Below, in pieces: positions 53,160 to 61,949 of a DNA stretch of 64,000 nucleotides (the first letter of the stretch is position 1; each line of letters starts with the position of its first letter). The stretch is from a virus, in IMG/VR virus record IMGVR_UViG_3300043571_000425. One strand, 5' to 3'. The notes under the pieces are model-generated. The model was not told the DNA's origin and did no database searches. It was given only the letters and a program-made list of their open reading frames with translations. The position numbers and the translations under genes were made by a program.

Positions 53160-53954
53160 TTACTCCCCAAACCACAATTGGCGGGAATCATCGAGAATCT
53201 TCTTATCCAATTCTTCAAGGTAGTCGCGGCGTAATTCTTGGTTTTCACGGACGCTCGACACATTTTCCCAGGCATAATCAGGAATTTTGATTGACTCAAG
53301 ATGCTTGTTTAGCTTTTTGTAGTCAGGATTACCACTTTTAGTCATGAACCCGTACCGTTTGCACAGTTCCGTTTTGTTGACTGTTGATCCGTCATTAATT
53401 ATTTGATCATCTTGGATTATGCGATCACGGTATTCAATTTCCTTGACCGTTGAATAGCCTAAAACTTTTTGCTGTACGAGTTCAGGGAGTGCCGTTGCTA
53501 CGTATTGTCTAAGTTGTAGCAACTTTAATTCCGCCTGAACTTTGTCATTTTCCAGTTTTGCCAATTCCAGTTTTAGTTTCATTTCTTCAACGGGGTTTAT
53601 CTCAATTGAAGTTGAGCCAGATGCCATTAGATTGAAAATATGCGCGTTACACCAAACATGGAATGACGGGCTAATCCACTGAGCCAAGTGCAATGCTATT
53701 AATGGATGACCCCATGTACCTTGTGTAAATTCTGCGGAATTTCCTTTTTTGATTACTAAAAGTTCCGATATTGTGATCCCAATATCACTCGAAACTGCCT
53801 CTAGGTAAGACTTTGTGGACTTGAGATTATTCCAGTTCCCTAGTAGCTTTCCATTCGCTTGGCACATTTGGGTTAAGTTGACAAACCCATCTGCGCGTCG
53901 TTGAATTAATTGCCCGTTGTAATCAAAATTCTGTATCATAGTCATTATGTTCAC
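53160..53954 (-). CDS. KilA-N domain protein
   Basis: FDYNGQLIQRRADGFVNLTQMCQANGKLLGNWNNLKSTKSYLEAVS...GTWGHPLIALHLAQWISPSFHVW is the KilA-N signature. The C-terminus is coiled coil. Confidence 0.8.
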   Translation of the reverse strand: MNIMTMIQNFDYNGQLIQRRADGFVNLTQMCQANGKLLGNWNNLKSTKSYLEAVSSDIGITISELLVIKKGNSAEFTQGTWGHPLIALHLAQWISPSFHVWCNAHIFNLMASGSTSIEINPVEEMKLKLELAKLENDKVQAELKLLQLRQYVATALPELVQQKVLGYSTVKEIEYRDRIIQDDQIINDGSTVNKTELCKRYGFMTKSGNPDYKKLNKHLESIKIPDYAWENVSSVRENQELRRDYLEELDKKILDDSRQLWFGE

Positions 53955-54098
53955 TTCGCAGTTAGTGGACGGTCAGTTGTAACGGCGGGAGTGTTGACTA
54001 CTCCCATCCCGTGCTGACACTATTTATTGATTATACGATGAGATTACTGATTTTTCGATAAGCACGGGTAAATGAAAACGCCCGGCGTGTTTGTAAGG

Positions 54099-54353
54099 TC
54101 AAGAATCAAAATTTACTCCACTTATCCAAGCGCGATCAACCGCGATAGAATATTCTAAGTTTAATGCTGCCATAGACAAAATGCGGCGATATTTCCCCCG
54201 TCGTAGAGAGTCAATATCGCCGTTTAGTGAATTTGAATAATTATTTATAGGTGCGGCTGGTTGTATATTTGCAATATTTTCAAGCCACACAATATGAGAT
54301 TCATATTTTTTTATCCAGTTCATTGACTCAATAGATGTTATTGGATGCGCCAT
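54099..54353 (-). CDS. hypothetical small protein
   Basis: 84 aa. Its leader is shared with 34189 (GTGAGGTA SD context). Confidence 0.5.
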   Translation of the reverse strand: MAHPITSIESMNWIKKYESHIVWLENIANIQPAAPINNYSNSLNGDIDSLRRGKYRRILSMAALNLEYSIAVDRAWISGVNFDS

Positions 54354-54600
54354 ATCTACCTCACTACTGGATATATTGAAACTGATTTAATTGTAGCAAT
54401 TCCTTCTGATTCTTCCTGTTTTTTGTATTCTTTAATTCGTTTTTCCTCGGTTTCTATCCAACGTGAATATTCATAAGTCACCCGTTTGCATCTGGATTAT
54501 GTATGCCACTACTGGAACTGGCACGTTAGACAAGTATAATATATGCGACGGTTATTATTTTAACTTGTTTCGATTATAAGTTAAGCGATCGCAATGGTAA

Positions 54601-54825
54601 CTATTTAGATGTTGCTGAGTCTTGGATTGGTACGGACATGACGACTACATAGTGCCAATCAACCCAGAATTTAAAGCAAGCGAATTGAATTATCAAGTTG
54701 CCGTAAAGCGTGGTGAAGTAAAACCATTTCCAATTGAGTAAAGTTATTTGGAATTTTACCTCAATTCCATCAATAGTTTGTCCGTTATATTTGCCTTTGG
54801 GAAGTTTATTTTTGAGTTGGTTCAC
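54601..54825 (-). CDS. hypothetical small protein
   Basis: 74-aa ORF. No motif. Confidence 0.4.
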   Translation of the reverse strand: MNQLKNKLPKGKYNGQTIDGIEVKFQITLLNWKWFYFTTLYGNLIIQFACFKFWVDWHYVVVMSVPIQDSATSK

Positions 54826-54991
54826 GGTTTTTAATAATTGTATTAATCTATAATATTATACATATTTGTGAAACTATTTATGATCAAAAAAGCCCCTGAT
54901 TTCTCAGAGGCTAATTTCTAAAATGGCAGAAAATCGTATAAATTTCTTTTACCAGATAGACTTTCTCTACCACTTAAATTCCTCCAAAAGA

Positions 54992-55210
54992 TTAATCTTC
55001 ATCAGCTTCATAGTCAGGGCGATCGCCAGTGAGTAGCTGAAATATTTCTTCAGCCGCGCAAAGAATTGATTTTTCTGTTGGATGCTGGGAATTAAAAAAA
55101 TAGCCCGGATTTTGCCGTTTTGCATACCCTAGATACCCGTAGATGATCCAACAAAGGTCTTCAATAAACTCTTTTTGATTGCAGTCAAATGATGTGTCGA
55201 TCTTCATCAT
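54992..55210 (-). CDS. hypothetical small protein
   Basis: 72-aa acidic ORF. Confidence 0.45.
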   Translation of the reverse strand: MMKIDTSFDCNQKEFIEDLCWIIYGYLGYAKRQNPGYFFNSQHPTEKSILCAAEEIFQLLTGDRPDYEADED

Positions 55211-55318
55211 GCTATTTGCTCTTTTGAATTAAATAAAACTTCTCCAACAAATCCTTTCTGTCTTTGATCGTTTGCGCGATCGCTCAAATATTTTAACTAA
55301 AGCGATCGTGCTAACTAA

Positions 55319-56338
55319 TTAAATTGATAAAACAATATCAATTATTTCTGACGGGCTTAACCGACTTGGTGTGTTCCAACCGCTTCCACCAACTGTTTTA
55401 CGCCCTCCCCAACCGTCTGCATTAGGGTTAATTTTGCGTTCGGCTTCTGTCAAGGCTTCAAAAGTGCCTTGTGTGTAGTCTAGGGTTGAGAGTTTGGGGT
55501 GTAGCGGAATACAACCGATTGTGTAACTAAATCCTTTAAATTCGTTGTCTACGAATACTTCTCGCTGCGCTAGAGTAATCGGTGTTGCACAGTCGTGACC
55601 GTGATTTTCCCGAATAAAATCGTAGGCTTTTAGAGCGCAACGCGGATCTATGTACCGCCCTTGTAAACCTTTGTAGTCAATTAACAAAGTATCTTTGTAG
55701 AAAGTTACACGGTTTTCATCAAGTAGTAGCTGCGTATTACTTTCAACCTTCTCCCAATATTCCTTAGCTTCCCCACATTCTCCAGGGAATTTACGTTCAC
55801 CCTTGCAAGCAGCTATTAGGGATTCTGTACCGCGTTGGAAAGCTAGAGAAGCATATTCTTCTTTTTGCTCAATTGTCCACTGTTTACGGTCTTTCGGAAG
55901 ACCTAATTCAATAATTAAACTATCTGAATCGGATTTCATTGCTGCTACGCATTGAGCGGCAAAGTTGGATAGGTGCGACAATTCGGACGGAACACCAAGA
56001 TGATCGCAGTCGTAGGCGATCGACCGGAGTTTGTTCAATGTTTCTTGGCTTAAATTATTAATCTGAAGATAAGCAGCAGCTACGCAAGCATCTGCATCAA
56101 CCTGAGTAGTCACAATCAACCCTTGTAAATCAGAATTGATCATCAACTCATTACTTTTAGGCATTTCATCAATCTGAATGTCTGCACCATCTTGGCGATG
56201 ATGATCAAAATGGTAATCCTCCCCTTTCATTGAGTTTATTAACCATCCCGGAACAGTCCCATCAACCATGAAAACTTGGCATCCAGATGATGCTTTTTCT
56301 AAAACTTCTAAACGAGTTGTCACCAAATATTTGACCAT
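55319..56338 (-). CDS. hypothetical protein
   Basis: 339-aa ORF. It contains YHFDHH and VDADACVAAAYL, which is too little to assign a family. Confidence 0.55.
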   Translation of the reverse strand: MVKYLVTTRLEVLEKASSGCQVFMVDGTVPGWLINSMKGEDYHFDHHRQDGADIQIDEMPKSNELMINSDLQGLIVTTQVDADACVAAAYLQINNLSQETLNKLRSIAYDCDHLGVPSELSHLSNFAAQCVAAMKSDSDSLIIELGLPKDRKQWTIEQKEEYASLAFQRGTESLIAACKGERKFPGECGEAKEYWEKVESNTQLLLDENRVTFYKDTLLIDYKGLQGRYIDPRCALKAYDFIRENHGHDCATPITLAQREVFVDNEFKGFSYTIGCIPLHPKLSTLDYTQGTFEALTEAERKINPNADGWGGRKTVGGSGWNTPSRLSPSEIIDIVLSI

Positions 56339-56558
56339 TTTGAATCCTTTTAGGTAAATTAATTAGCAGTTTAACGACTTACTCAGGTCAATTGATGTTT
56401 ACTTTCCTGCAAGCTCATAGGCATTTTCAACTAATTCTGCCACAGCTTCATAGGGCGTAGTTAGCAGACTTATACTGAGGCTGGTTATCCACAGCCCTGA
56501 ATAATTGCACGATATTTCTCTTCTTTGCCGGAGGGGCGATCGCTTTGCTTATACAATA

Positions 56559-56576
56559 ATTCTATGTCCATAGAAT
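56559..56576. promoter_or_regulatory. 18-bp palindrome (operator-like), copy B
   Basis: ATTCTATGTCCATAGAAT lies just downstream of the RHH-like gene and about 220 nt upstream of 56338. Confidence 0.5.
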
Positions 56577-56583
56577 AAATTTG

Positions 56584-56790
56584 TCAAGCTATTTTTGAAG
56601 ATTTTTCTTTGTTCTCAATAAAAACAGCCAAACCCCTTGCTACAGAAGGAATACGAACTACTTGCTCTAGTAGCTCACTCAGTTTTAAATTAAGATTAGC
56701 AGCATATTCCTCATACAATGCGATCGCTGTAGGAGTGAGGTTAATGTGCTTAGAAACCTTCTTTTCACTATATTTCTGACTTCGTGCCAT
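56584..56790 (-). CDS. ribbon-helix-helix-like regulator
   Basis: The preferred start ATG 56790 (MARSQKY) has AAGGAG 6 nt upstream. KVSKHINLTPTAIALYEEYAANLNLKLSELLEQ fits an RHH strand-helix-helix. Palindromes flank the gene. Confidence 0.4.
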   Translation of the reverse strand: MARSQKYSEKKVSKHINLTPTAIALYEEYAANLNLKLSELLEQVVRIPSVARGLAVFIENKEKSSKIA

Positions 56791-56799
56791 ATCTCTCCT

Positions 56800-56816
56800 T
56801 TCTATGTCCATAGAAT
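56800..56816. promoter_or_regulatory. palindrome (operator-like), copy A
   Basis: TTCTATGTCCATAGAAT lies immediately upstream (minus sense) of the RHH-like gene SD. Confidence 0.5.
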
Positions 56817-57067
56817 AGAGAATATCACAAAAAATCCCCACTGCCTTCAGTCCAGCAGGGATTTTTGTAGTGGTAGTGCGATCGCTAAAATACGAGTAAC
56901 AAATAAGATTCCTAGAACATCACTCCCAGGAAGTAAAAATCCCCAGCTTACTAGCCAGGGATATAAACCAGATCTTAACCGCAGAGGGAGGAGTTGAACC
57001 GTCCATAGAAGATAACAAAATACCCACCGATGTCTTACCATTTAAACGACTCTGCATATTTATTATA

Positions 57068-57226
57068 TCAAAAATCTGATAATGTACCAGTATTAAACCG
57101 CCAATATTTTGCAATCATTTTGTCAATTAGCCGTTGAGTTTTTGATGGTAATTCCCAATAGATGCTATTGATTGCATCGGCGTTTTGCTCATCAATTAAT
57201 TGATTAATTTGTTGTTGATTCAACAT
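57068..57226 (-). CDS. small ORF (52 aa), below the ORF-track cutoff
   Basis: ATG 57226 has AGGTGA upstream and lies 8 nt after the ATPase gene stop. It translates to MLNQQQINQLIDEQNADAINSIYWELPSKTQRLIDKMIAKYWRFNTGTLSDF*. Confidence 0.45.
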   Translation of the reverse strand: MLNQQQINQLIDEQNADAINSIYWELPSKTQRLIDKMIAKYWRFNTGTLSDF

Positions 57227-57234
57227 GATTTCAC

Positions 57235-59157
57235 CTAAATAAACAAAACTTTGATTCTCTCACCCTGCGACACCATTGAGGCTGTAGTTTTCGCTTGCGC
57301 TTGATCACCGTCGTTACTTGGTAAAAAACCTATAGCAAGCAATTTATATTCATTACCAATACCATACAGGTGCAATTGTCCAGCCGCTTGGTAAATTGTA
57401 TCTCTGGTCAGATATTTTTTGACTTCAACAATAGTACCGCCATTAAAATCAGTGGCAATATCAATGAAGCCGCCATTGCTTTTAACTTCTGTTTGCACCT
57501 TATAGCCGTGTTCAGTTAGTCGAGTTGCTATAGCTTTTTGTAAATCTTCCTCCCGCCATTTTTCGGGCAATTCTAAATTAGCGGTAATCATTGCCCAAGT
57601 GACAACTTCATCCGTTAGTTCCAAAGCATTTTTTAAAAGTTTTAGAGCGTCAGGAGTTAAAGTTTCACCCTTTACCTGTTGCCATGCTTGAGTTAATTCG
57701 GAATCAGTGGGATTCCTACCTAATTTGTCTATCCATGAGCCTATAACATGATAAGGATTTATGTCTTCTTTCTGCTCCGGTTGTGGTGTGTCTTGTGGTT
57801 TTTCAGTTTGCTCCAAATCATCAATATTAAATTGAGGAATTAGAGCAATATAAGGATTACCTTTAGTGGGAATTACTAGCGCATAGCGTACACCCTGCTT
57901 ATCAAGTAGCTCACAAACTTCTTTCAATAAGTCAAGAATATCACCTTTAACATTAAGAAAGTCGGATGGATTACTTAATATATAGCCTGACACTTTACCC
58001 AGTGCAATAAAGCAAATATTCTTGTAACTAGGACGACTAAAACCAGTGCAGCCACTTAGCGGATTTTGCCCCATAAACACGCCATGAATTTTCATTGCGG
58101 CTGTGAAATTAATGATGTAATTCCACATTCCCTGCAAGTTAAGTGCGGTTTCTTTGGTTACTTGTTTTTTGCCTGTTCCTGGTAGTCCCTTCCCTCCACC
58201 GTAGACGACATTTACCTCATCCTGAATTAAGAATATTTCTGATAGACCCGCACCTTTCCGATTGTGTTCAAATTCTTGTTGCCTCTCATCAATAATCTTA
58301 GTGGCAAACTTAATCCATTCTGGCAATGATTCCAGTCCCTCAAACTTTTTAGAGAACTTGCACAACCAACGGGTGACAAAATTCTTGGGGTCACTCCCAA
58401 TCACATAAGCAGCACCTTGTGATTGAGCCGCAATCTTATTAATGATTACCCCTGCCAGAGTTGATTTACCAGACTGAGTTTCACCCCATAATCCAAAGTG
58501 GTGGTTAGCCCTATTCCCCATATCCTGAACTGCGGAACTATCACACAATTCATCAATCCAATTATCATCAATTCTGATGTATTCAGGATATTCTGTAGCT
58601 AATTCTTGCAGCACAGCCATCACGCCAGGGTTAATGATTTCTTGGACTGCATCCTCATTAAATTCCGCTACTTCAGGACTAGGGATAGAAGATTGAGAGC
58701 TTGGTAATTGTCGAGGTTGTTCAATTACCGCTTGTTGGACTTGCGGCAGTTCCACTAATCCCTGAAGCCCATATTGTTGCATCCATCTACCGCGTTCTTC
58801 CACTGGCAGGGAGTTAACGTAAGCTGCTAATTCCCGTTTGGAATTAATCTGTTGACGGGCTTGCTCAAATGCAAATTCACCCTTCAAACTTTCTTTAACA
58901 ATAGCGTGGTTAGCCGTTCCAATAGCTTGGTAATCTTTCTCTTTTTGACTTCTATCTAGCGCAGAAGTTGTAAATATTCCGCCTGAAACTAATCCCCAAA
59001 TTGATTGAATTAATTTAACTTCTGGTAGTTGCTGTGGGAACATTACAGGTGCAAAAGTTCCAGTAATTGCGGACGCTGCAACCAATCCCATCAGCCACCG
59101 TTCAGCGTTCATTAAAGGGCTAAATGCCTCCTTTCTCGTAGCAAATGGATTGGTCAT
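57235..59157 (-). CDS. membrane-anchored FtsK/VirD4-like P-loop ATPase with C-terminal PD-(D/E)XK-like domain
   Basis: Two N-terminal hydrophobic helices. Walker A HHFGLWGETQSGKSTLAG and Walker B-like EIFLIQDEVN. The C-terminus LTEHGYKVQTEVKSNGGFIDIATDFNGGTIVEVKKY...AAGQLHLY fits a D...E.K nuclease fold motif. Confidence 0.6.
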   Translation of the reverse strand: MTNPFATRKEAFSPLMNAERWLMGLVAASAITGTFAPVMFPQQLPEVKLIQSIWGLVSGGIFTTSALDRSQKEKDYQAIGTANHAIVKESLKGEFAFEQARQQINSKRELAAYVNSLPVEERGRWMQQYGLQGLVELPQVQQAVIEQPRQLPSSQSSIPSPEVAEFNEDAVQEIINPGVMAVLQELATEYPEYIRIDDNWIDELCDSSAVQDMGNRANHHFGLWGETQSGKSTLAGVIINKIAAQSQGAAYVIGSDPKNFVTRWLCKFSKKFEGLESLPEWIKFATKIIDERQQEFEHNRKGAGLSEIFLIQDEVNVVYGGGKGLPGTGKKQVTKETALNLQGMWNYIINFTAAMKIHGVFMGQNPLSGCTGFSRPSYKNICFIALGKVSGYILSNPSDFLNVKGDILDLLKEVCELLDKQGVRYALVIPTKGNPYIALIPQFNIDDLEQTEKPQDTPQPEQKEDINPYHVIGSWIDKLGRNPTDSELTQAWQQVKGETLTPDALKLLKNALELTDEVVTWAMITANLELPEKWREEDLQKAIATRLTEHGYKVQTEVKSNGGFIDIATDFNGGTIVEVKKYLTRDTIYQAAGQLHLYGIGNEYKLLAIGFLPSNDGDQAQAKTTASMVSQGERIKVLFI

Positions 59158-59158
59158 T

Positions 59159-59458
59159 TTATCCCCCTACGTTAATTCCAATTATCAAAGCCGTGATTGC
59201 AAATGCCCCAAAAACAAGGCTCGGAGCAAACCCAATTATTGTTTGGTTTTGATTTAAAATCCCCCTGGACTTGTACCAGAGTCCACACCAATTTGTGAAT
59301 CCCAGTGCGAATATTAAGAACATTCCTAAAATGAATAGCGCGATCGCCCCAACTCTACTATTGGGAAAGCTTCTGATTACTATTCCTAATAATTGAAAGA
59401 AGGCGTATCCGCAGAATAGACATCCGCTAATAAACAATTCCTTCATTGTGATCTTCAT
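59159..59458 (-). CDS. small membrane protein
   Basis: 99 aa with 3 predicted hydrophobic helices. It ends 1 nt before the ATPase start. Confidence 0.55.
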   Translation of the reverse strand: MKITMKELFISGCLFCGYAFFQLLGIVIRSFPNSRVGAIALFILGMFLIFALGFTNWCGLWYKSRGILNQNQTIIGFAPSLVFGAFAITALIIGINVGG

Positions 59459-59537
59459 TTTTTACCTTCTCATGTCGTATTGCAACCAAAGAATCATGCC
59501 CAAAAACAGGGCAACCAACAGAATTACAATCACACCT

Positions 59538-60041
59538 TTAGCGTCTGGAACTATCATTCACACTACTCTCCTTACTAGATAAATAAAATATATTTGCACA
59601 TCCAAAAGCTAATTCTGCACCAATTACAAATACAGCACAGAGAACTTTTACAAACATTACGCTAGGATTACCTAATTGCTTCAAATTAATTTGATAATCC
59701 GTCCAAAAAGTGTAAGCAGCAATTAACAAGAAAGTCGCTATCCCCAAGAAACTAACAATATCAAAAACTTGTTTAGCTTCAGTTTCAATTTTGGGCTTGT
59801 CCAGGATTTTAAGTAAAATTCTGGGGTCAAAAATCACAGTCATTACACTAGCTTCAATGCCGATGATTAATGCAATTGACGCGCTAGTTGCAAAGATTCT
59901 CTGCCAGTATGCAGTGCCTTTCAAGATATCGTAAAAATAGGGGAATAGGGTGTAGGCATTAAACGCCATAATTCCCCAACCTACTTTATTAAAAGTAGTA
60001 AATAGCGCGGTGTCCGCCTCGCTATTACGCTTAAATATCAT
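59538..60041 (-). CDS. membrane protein
   Basis: 167 aa with about 4 hydrophobic helices. ATGA overlap with the upstream gene. Confidence 0.55.
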   Translation of the reverse strand: MIFKRNSEADTALFTTFNKVGWGIMAFNAYTLFPYFYDILKGTAYWQRIFATSASIALIIGIEASVMTVIFDPRILLKILDKPKIETEAKQVFDIVSFLGIATFLLIAAYTFWTDYQINLKQLGNPSVMFVKVLCAVFVIGAELAFGCANIFYLSSKESSVNDSSRR

Positions 60042-60475
60042 CCAAATATCTCCGTGGCTTGAACATCATAAATCTGTTGGAAACCGTCTAAATTAACTTG
60101 AGTTTCAGCAGCATTTAGACCGTAGCGGGAAACTTCTTTGGCGTGGTTTGCTTGCGCTACTCTACGCGCTATATCAGTTTTCATCATGAACTTGGAGTGG
60201 TTCAAGTTCAACTCGTCCAGTTGGGCTAATTTACCAACAATTCCTTGCTCGTATTTAACGATCTCTTGAGCTATTTCTAATTCTCCGTCCATCGCTCCTG
60301 ATTCCCTTGCACTTTTCAATAATTGGTTTGGTGATATTTCCGTTGGCAGTTGATTCTTTGCTTGAATCCGCGTCATGGCATCGCCCATGATGCCTACTTT
60401 TGTCGGGTCAGCACCAATGCCCGATAATCTTGATTTGTCAGTAGGCGCAATTCCGCCGAATAGGTTCTCCAGCAT
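60038..60475 (-). CDS. hypothetical protein
   Basis: 145-aa soluble-looking ORF within the coupled operon. Confidence 0.5.
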   Translation of the reverse strand: MLENLFGGIAPTDKSRLSGIGADPTKVGIMGDAMTRIQAKNQLPTEISPNQLLKSARESGAMDGELEIAQEIVKYEQGIVGKLAQLDELNLNHSKFMMKTDIARRVAQANHAKEVSRYGLNAAETQVNLDGFQQIYDVQATEIFG

Positions 60476-60815
60476 AGTTTAAATTCCCCTGGTTTTGGTT
60501 TTGATTTTTGTTGATTGATAGAAAAAAACACAAGATACATACTAAGAATGATGTTCCTAAAAACCCAATGGTCATTAAGTTAATCATCCTGGATTCATCG
60601 TCAATTCGTTTTTCTGATTCAGATTGTTGTCGCCGATTTTGGTCTTTGTGATAGTCAGAAGTTATTATCAATTGTCTGACTATATCTGAATCAGGAACAC
60701 CCTTAAAACTCATCTCACCAGTTGGCTTGACGGTAAATTCGATTGGTTTCTCCCGTGATTTTTCCTGAGTTTGTGTCTCCTCCTCCCATAGATCGGGGAG
60801 GTCTGGAAATTGCAT
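60438..60815 (-). CDS. membrane protein
   Basis: 125 aa with one C-terminal hydrophobic helix (MINLMTIGFLGTSFLVCILCFFLSI). Confidence 0.5.
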   Translation of the reverse strand: MQFPDLPDLWEEETQTQEKSREKPIEFTVKPTGEMSFKGVPDSDIVRQLIITSDYHKDQNRRQQSESEKRIDDESRMINLMTIGFLGTSFLVCILCFFLSINKNQNQNQGNLNYAGEPIRRNCAY

Positions 60816-60880
60816 AAAACAGAACTCCTACTAATACAAAACATTGAATAAACACGGCTACAGTCATCCAATTAGAAGGT

Positions 60881-61417
60881 CTAATTATCGAGGAAACCGC
60901 TAAAAGCCTCTTCGATGATTCCTGTAATTTGTCCGTGAAAGATTTCTGAATCTGCTTTGTAGCCCTCCAATTCTTCAGCTACGTAATTGACAACATTAGG
61001 AGCAAATTGCTTGGCTCTCTGTGTGATTTTTTGGGCTGCGTTTTTCTCGTGCTTGGTAAACTCTGAGTCAAAAGCATTGGATAGACCAGATACTTCCGAT
61101 TCAATAGCATTTCTCAATCCAATAACTGCGGGCTTCAGGGTTTGCGCTTGCTGTGAATCATTGGTAGTCGCTGGGGTATTCTTCTTATTTTTCTTCCCCT
61201 TAGTTTCATCGGTTGTTGCTAATTGTCCGCCGTTTCCACCAACAGTCAAACCAGCATTCTCCTTATCAATTTCACCCGCTACAAATTGAGCATTTGCATC
61301 ATCTAAAGCAGCGGGGTCAATACCGTATTGAGCGCAGATAGATTGGGTCTTTTCCCAAACTGTCTCTATTGTCATTTCTGACTTCATGAAACTTTTAACT
61401 AAATCTGCAACTGTCAT
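60881..61417 (-). CDS. hypothetical protein
   Basis: 178 aa with a low-complexity central KGKKNKKNTPATT region. Confidence 0.5.
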   Translation of the reverse strand: MTVADLVKSFMKSEMTIETVWEKTQSICAQYGIDPAALDDANAQFVAGEIDKENAGLTVGGNGGQLATTDETKGKKNKKNTPATTNDSQQAQTLKPAVIGLRNAIESEVSGLSNAFDSEFTKHEKNAAQKITQRAKQFAPNVVNYVAEELEGYKADSEIFHGQITGIIEEAFSGFLDN

Positions 61418-61566
61418 TTTTCAATCCCCAATAATAATTTTTTGATTTCTTTCCTAACTGTGGCAGTAAAAGCGAGTAGTCCGGGTTTCGTCGTCCACTC
61501 GCTGTAGCTTCCGTCTGGTTCGTGTCGTCTGATAGTGAGAATAATTTCAGTTTCACTGTTTTGCAT
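61414..61566 (-). CDS. small ORF (50 aa), below cutoff
   Basis: ATG 61566 has GAGGT upstream, and its TGA overlaps the next ATG (ATGA at 61414-61417). It begins MQNSETEIILTIRRHEPDGSYSEWTTKPGLLAFTATVRKE... Confidence 0.45.
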   Translation of the reverse strand: MQNSETEIILTIRRHEPDGSYSEWTTKPGLLAFTATVRKEIKKLLLGIEK

Positions 61567-61684
61567 TAACTACCTCGGACTCAACTTTTGTGGTGTGAAT
61601 GTTATTCGCTGCCACTAATGAAAGTGGCGGAATTGCAAACAATAATAAGACAACGATTGCGGCTTCTAACTTAGATTTAAACAT
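61553..61684 (-). CDS. small membrane or secreted ORF (43 aa), below cutoff
   Basis: The ATG at 61684 overlaps the preceding stop (AATGTTTAA). MFKSKLEAAIVVLLLFAIPPLSLVAANN... looks like a signal or transmembrane segment. Its 3' end overlaps the next ATG. Confidence 0.45.
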   Translation of the reverse strand: MFKSKLEAAIVVLLLFAIPPLSLVAANNIHTTKVESEVVNAKQ

Positions 61685-61949
61685 TGCTATCTCCTTGGTT
61701 ATATTTCTCTAGTTCCAGTTGAATCATTTTCGCTTTGCCTCTAAAATTTCTGTATTTTACGACAAGCGATCGCACCAATTTCAATCGCTCAATTTGCTCA
61801 TCAGTCTCAATTGGCATCCCAGTCAATTTGCCTGTTTCTGAATCCATAAAACCGGAAAAAACATTCAAATGCTGGGATGCCAACTTTAAATATCGCTGGA
61901 GTTGCCTTTCCCCTACACCAATCTTTTCCGCAACATCCTTCCTAGTCAT
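61677..61949 (-). CDS. HTH DNA-binding protein
   Basis: The preferred start ATG 61949 (MTRKDVAEKIGVGERQLQRYLKLA) overlaps the preceding stop (AATGACTAG). Upstream of this start the track ORF only translates the 12-bp repeat. Confidence 0.5.
   Translation of the reverse strand: MTRKDVAEKIGVGERQLQRYLKLASQHLNVFSGFMDSETGKLTGMPIETDEQIERLKLVRSLVVKYRNFRGKAKMIQLELEKYNQGDSNV

Noticed and set aside
52835-53299. 154-aa version of the ORF downstream of the KilA-N gene
   Set aside because: It overlaps the KilA-N gene by 140 nt in another frame. An internal ATG at 53155, just after the KilA-N stop, gives a non-overlapping 106-aa gene.
55319-56338. DHH-family phosphoesterase (possible nanoRNase or cyclic-oligonucleotide degrading anti-defense enzyme), based on YHFDHH, DADACVAAAYL and a C-terminal GGSGWN
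   Set aside because: The order and spacing of the motifs do not match the DHH/DHHA1 layout as I know it. There are too few residues to support the call without a profile search, so it is left as hypothetical.
56842-57114. ORFs 56746..56997(+), 56847..57041(-) and 56920..57114(-)
   Set aside because: They are mutually overlapping, lack start context, and cover a region better explained by a regulatory gap plus the 52-aa SD-preceded ORF 57068..57226.
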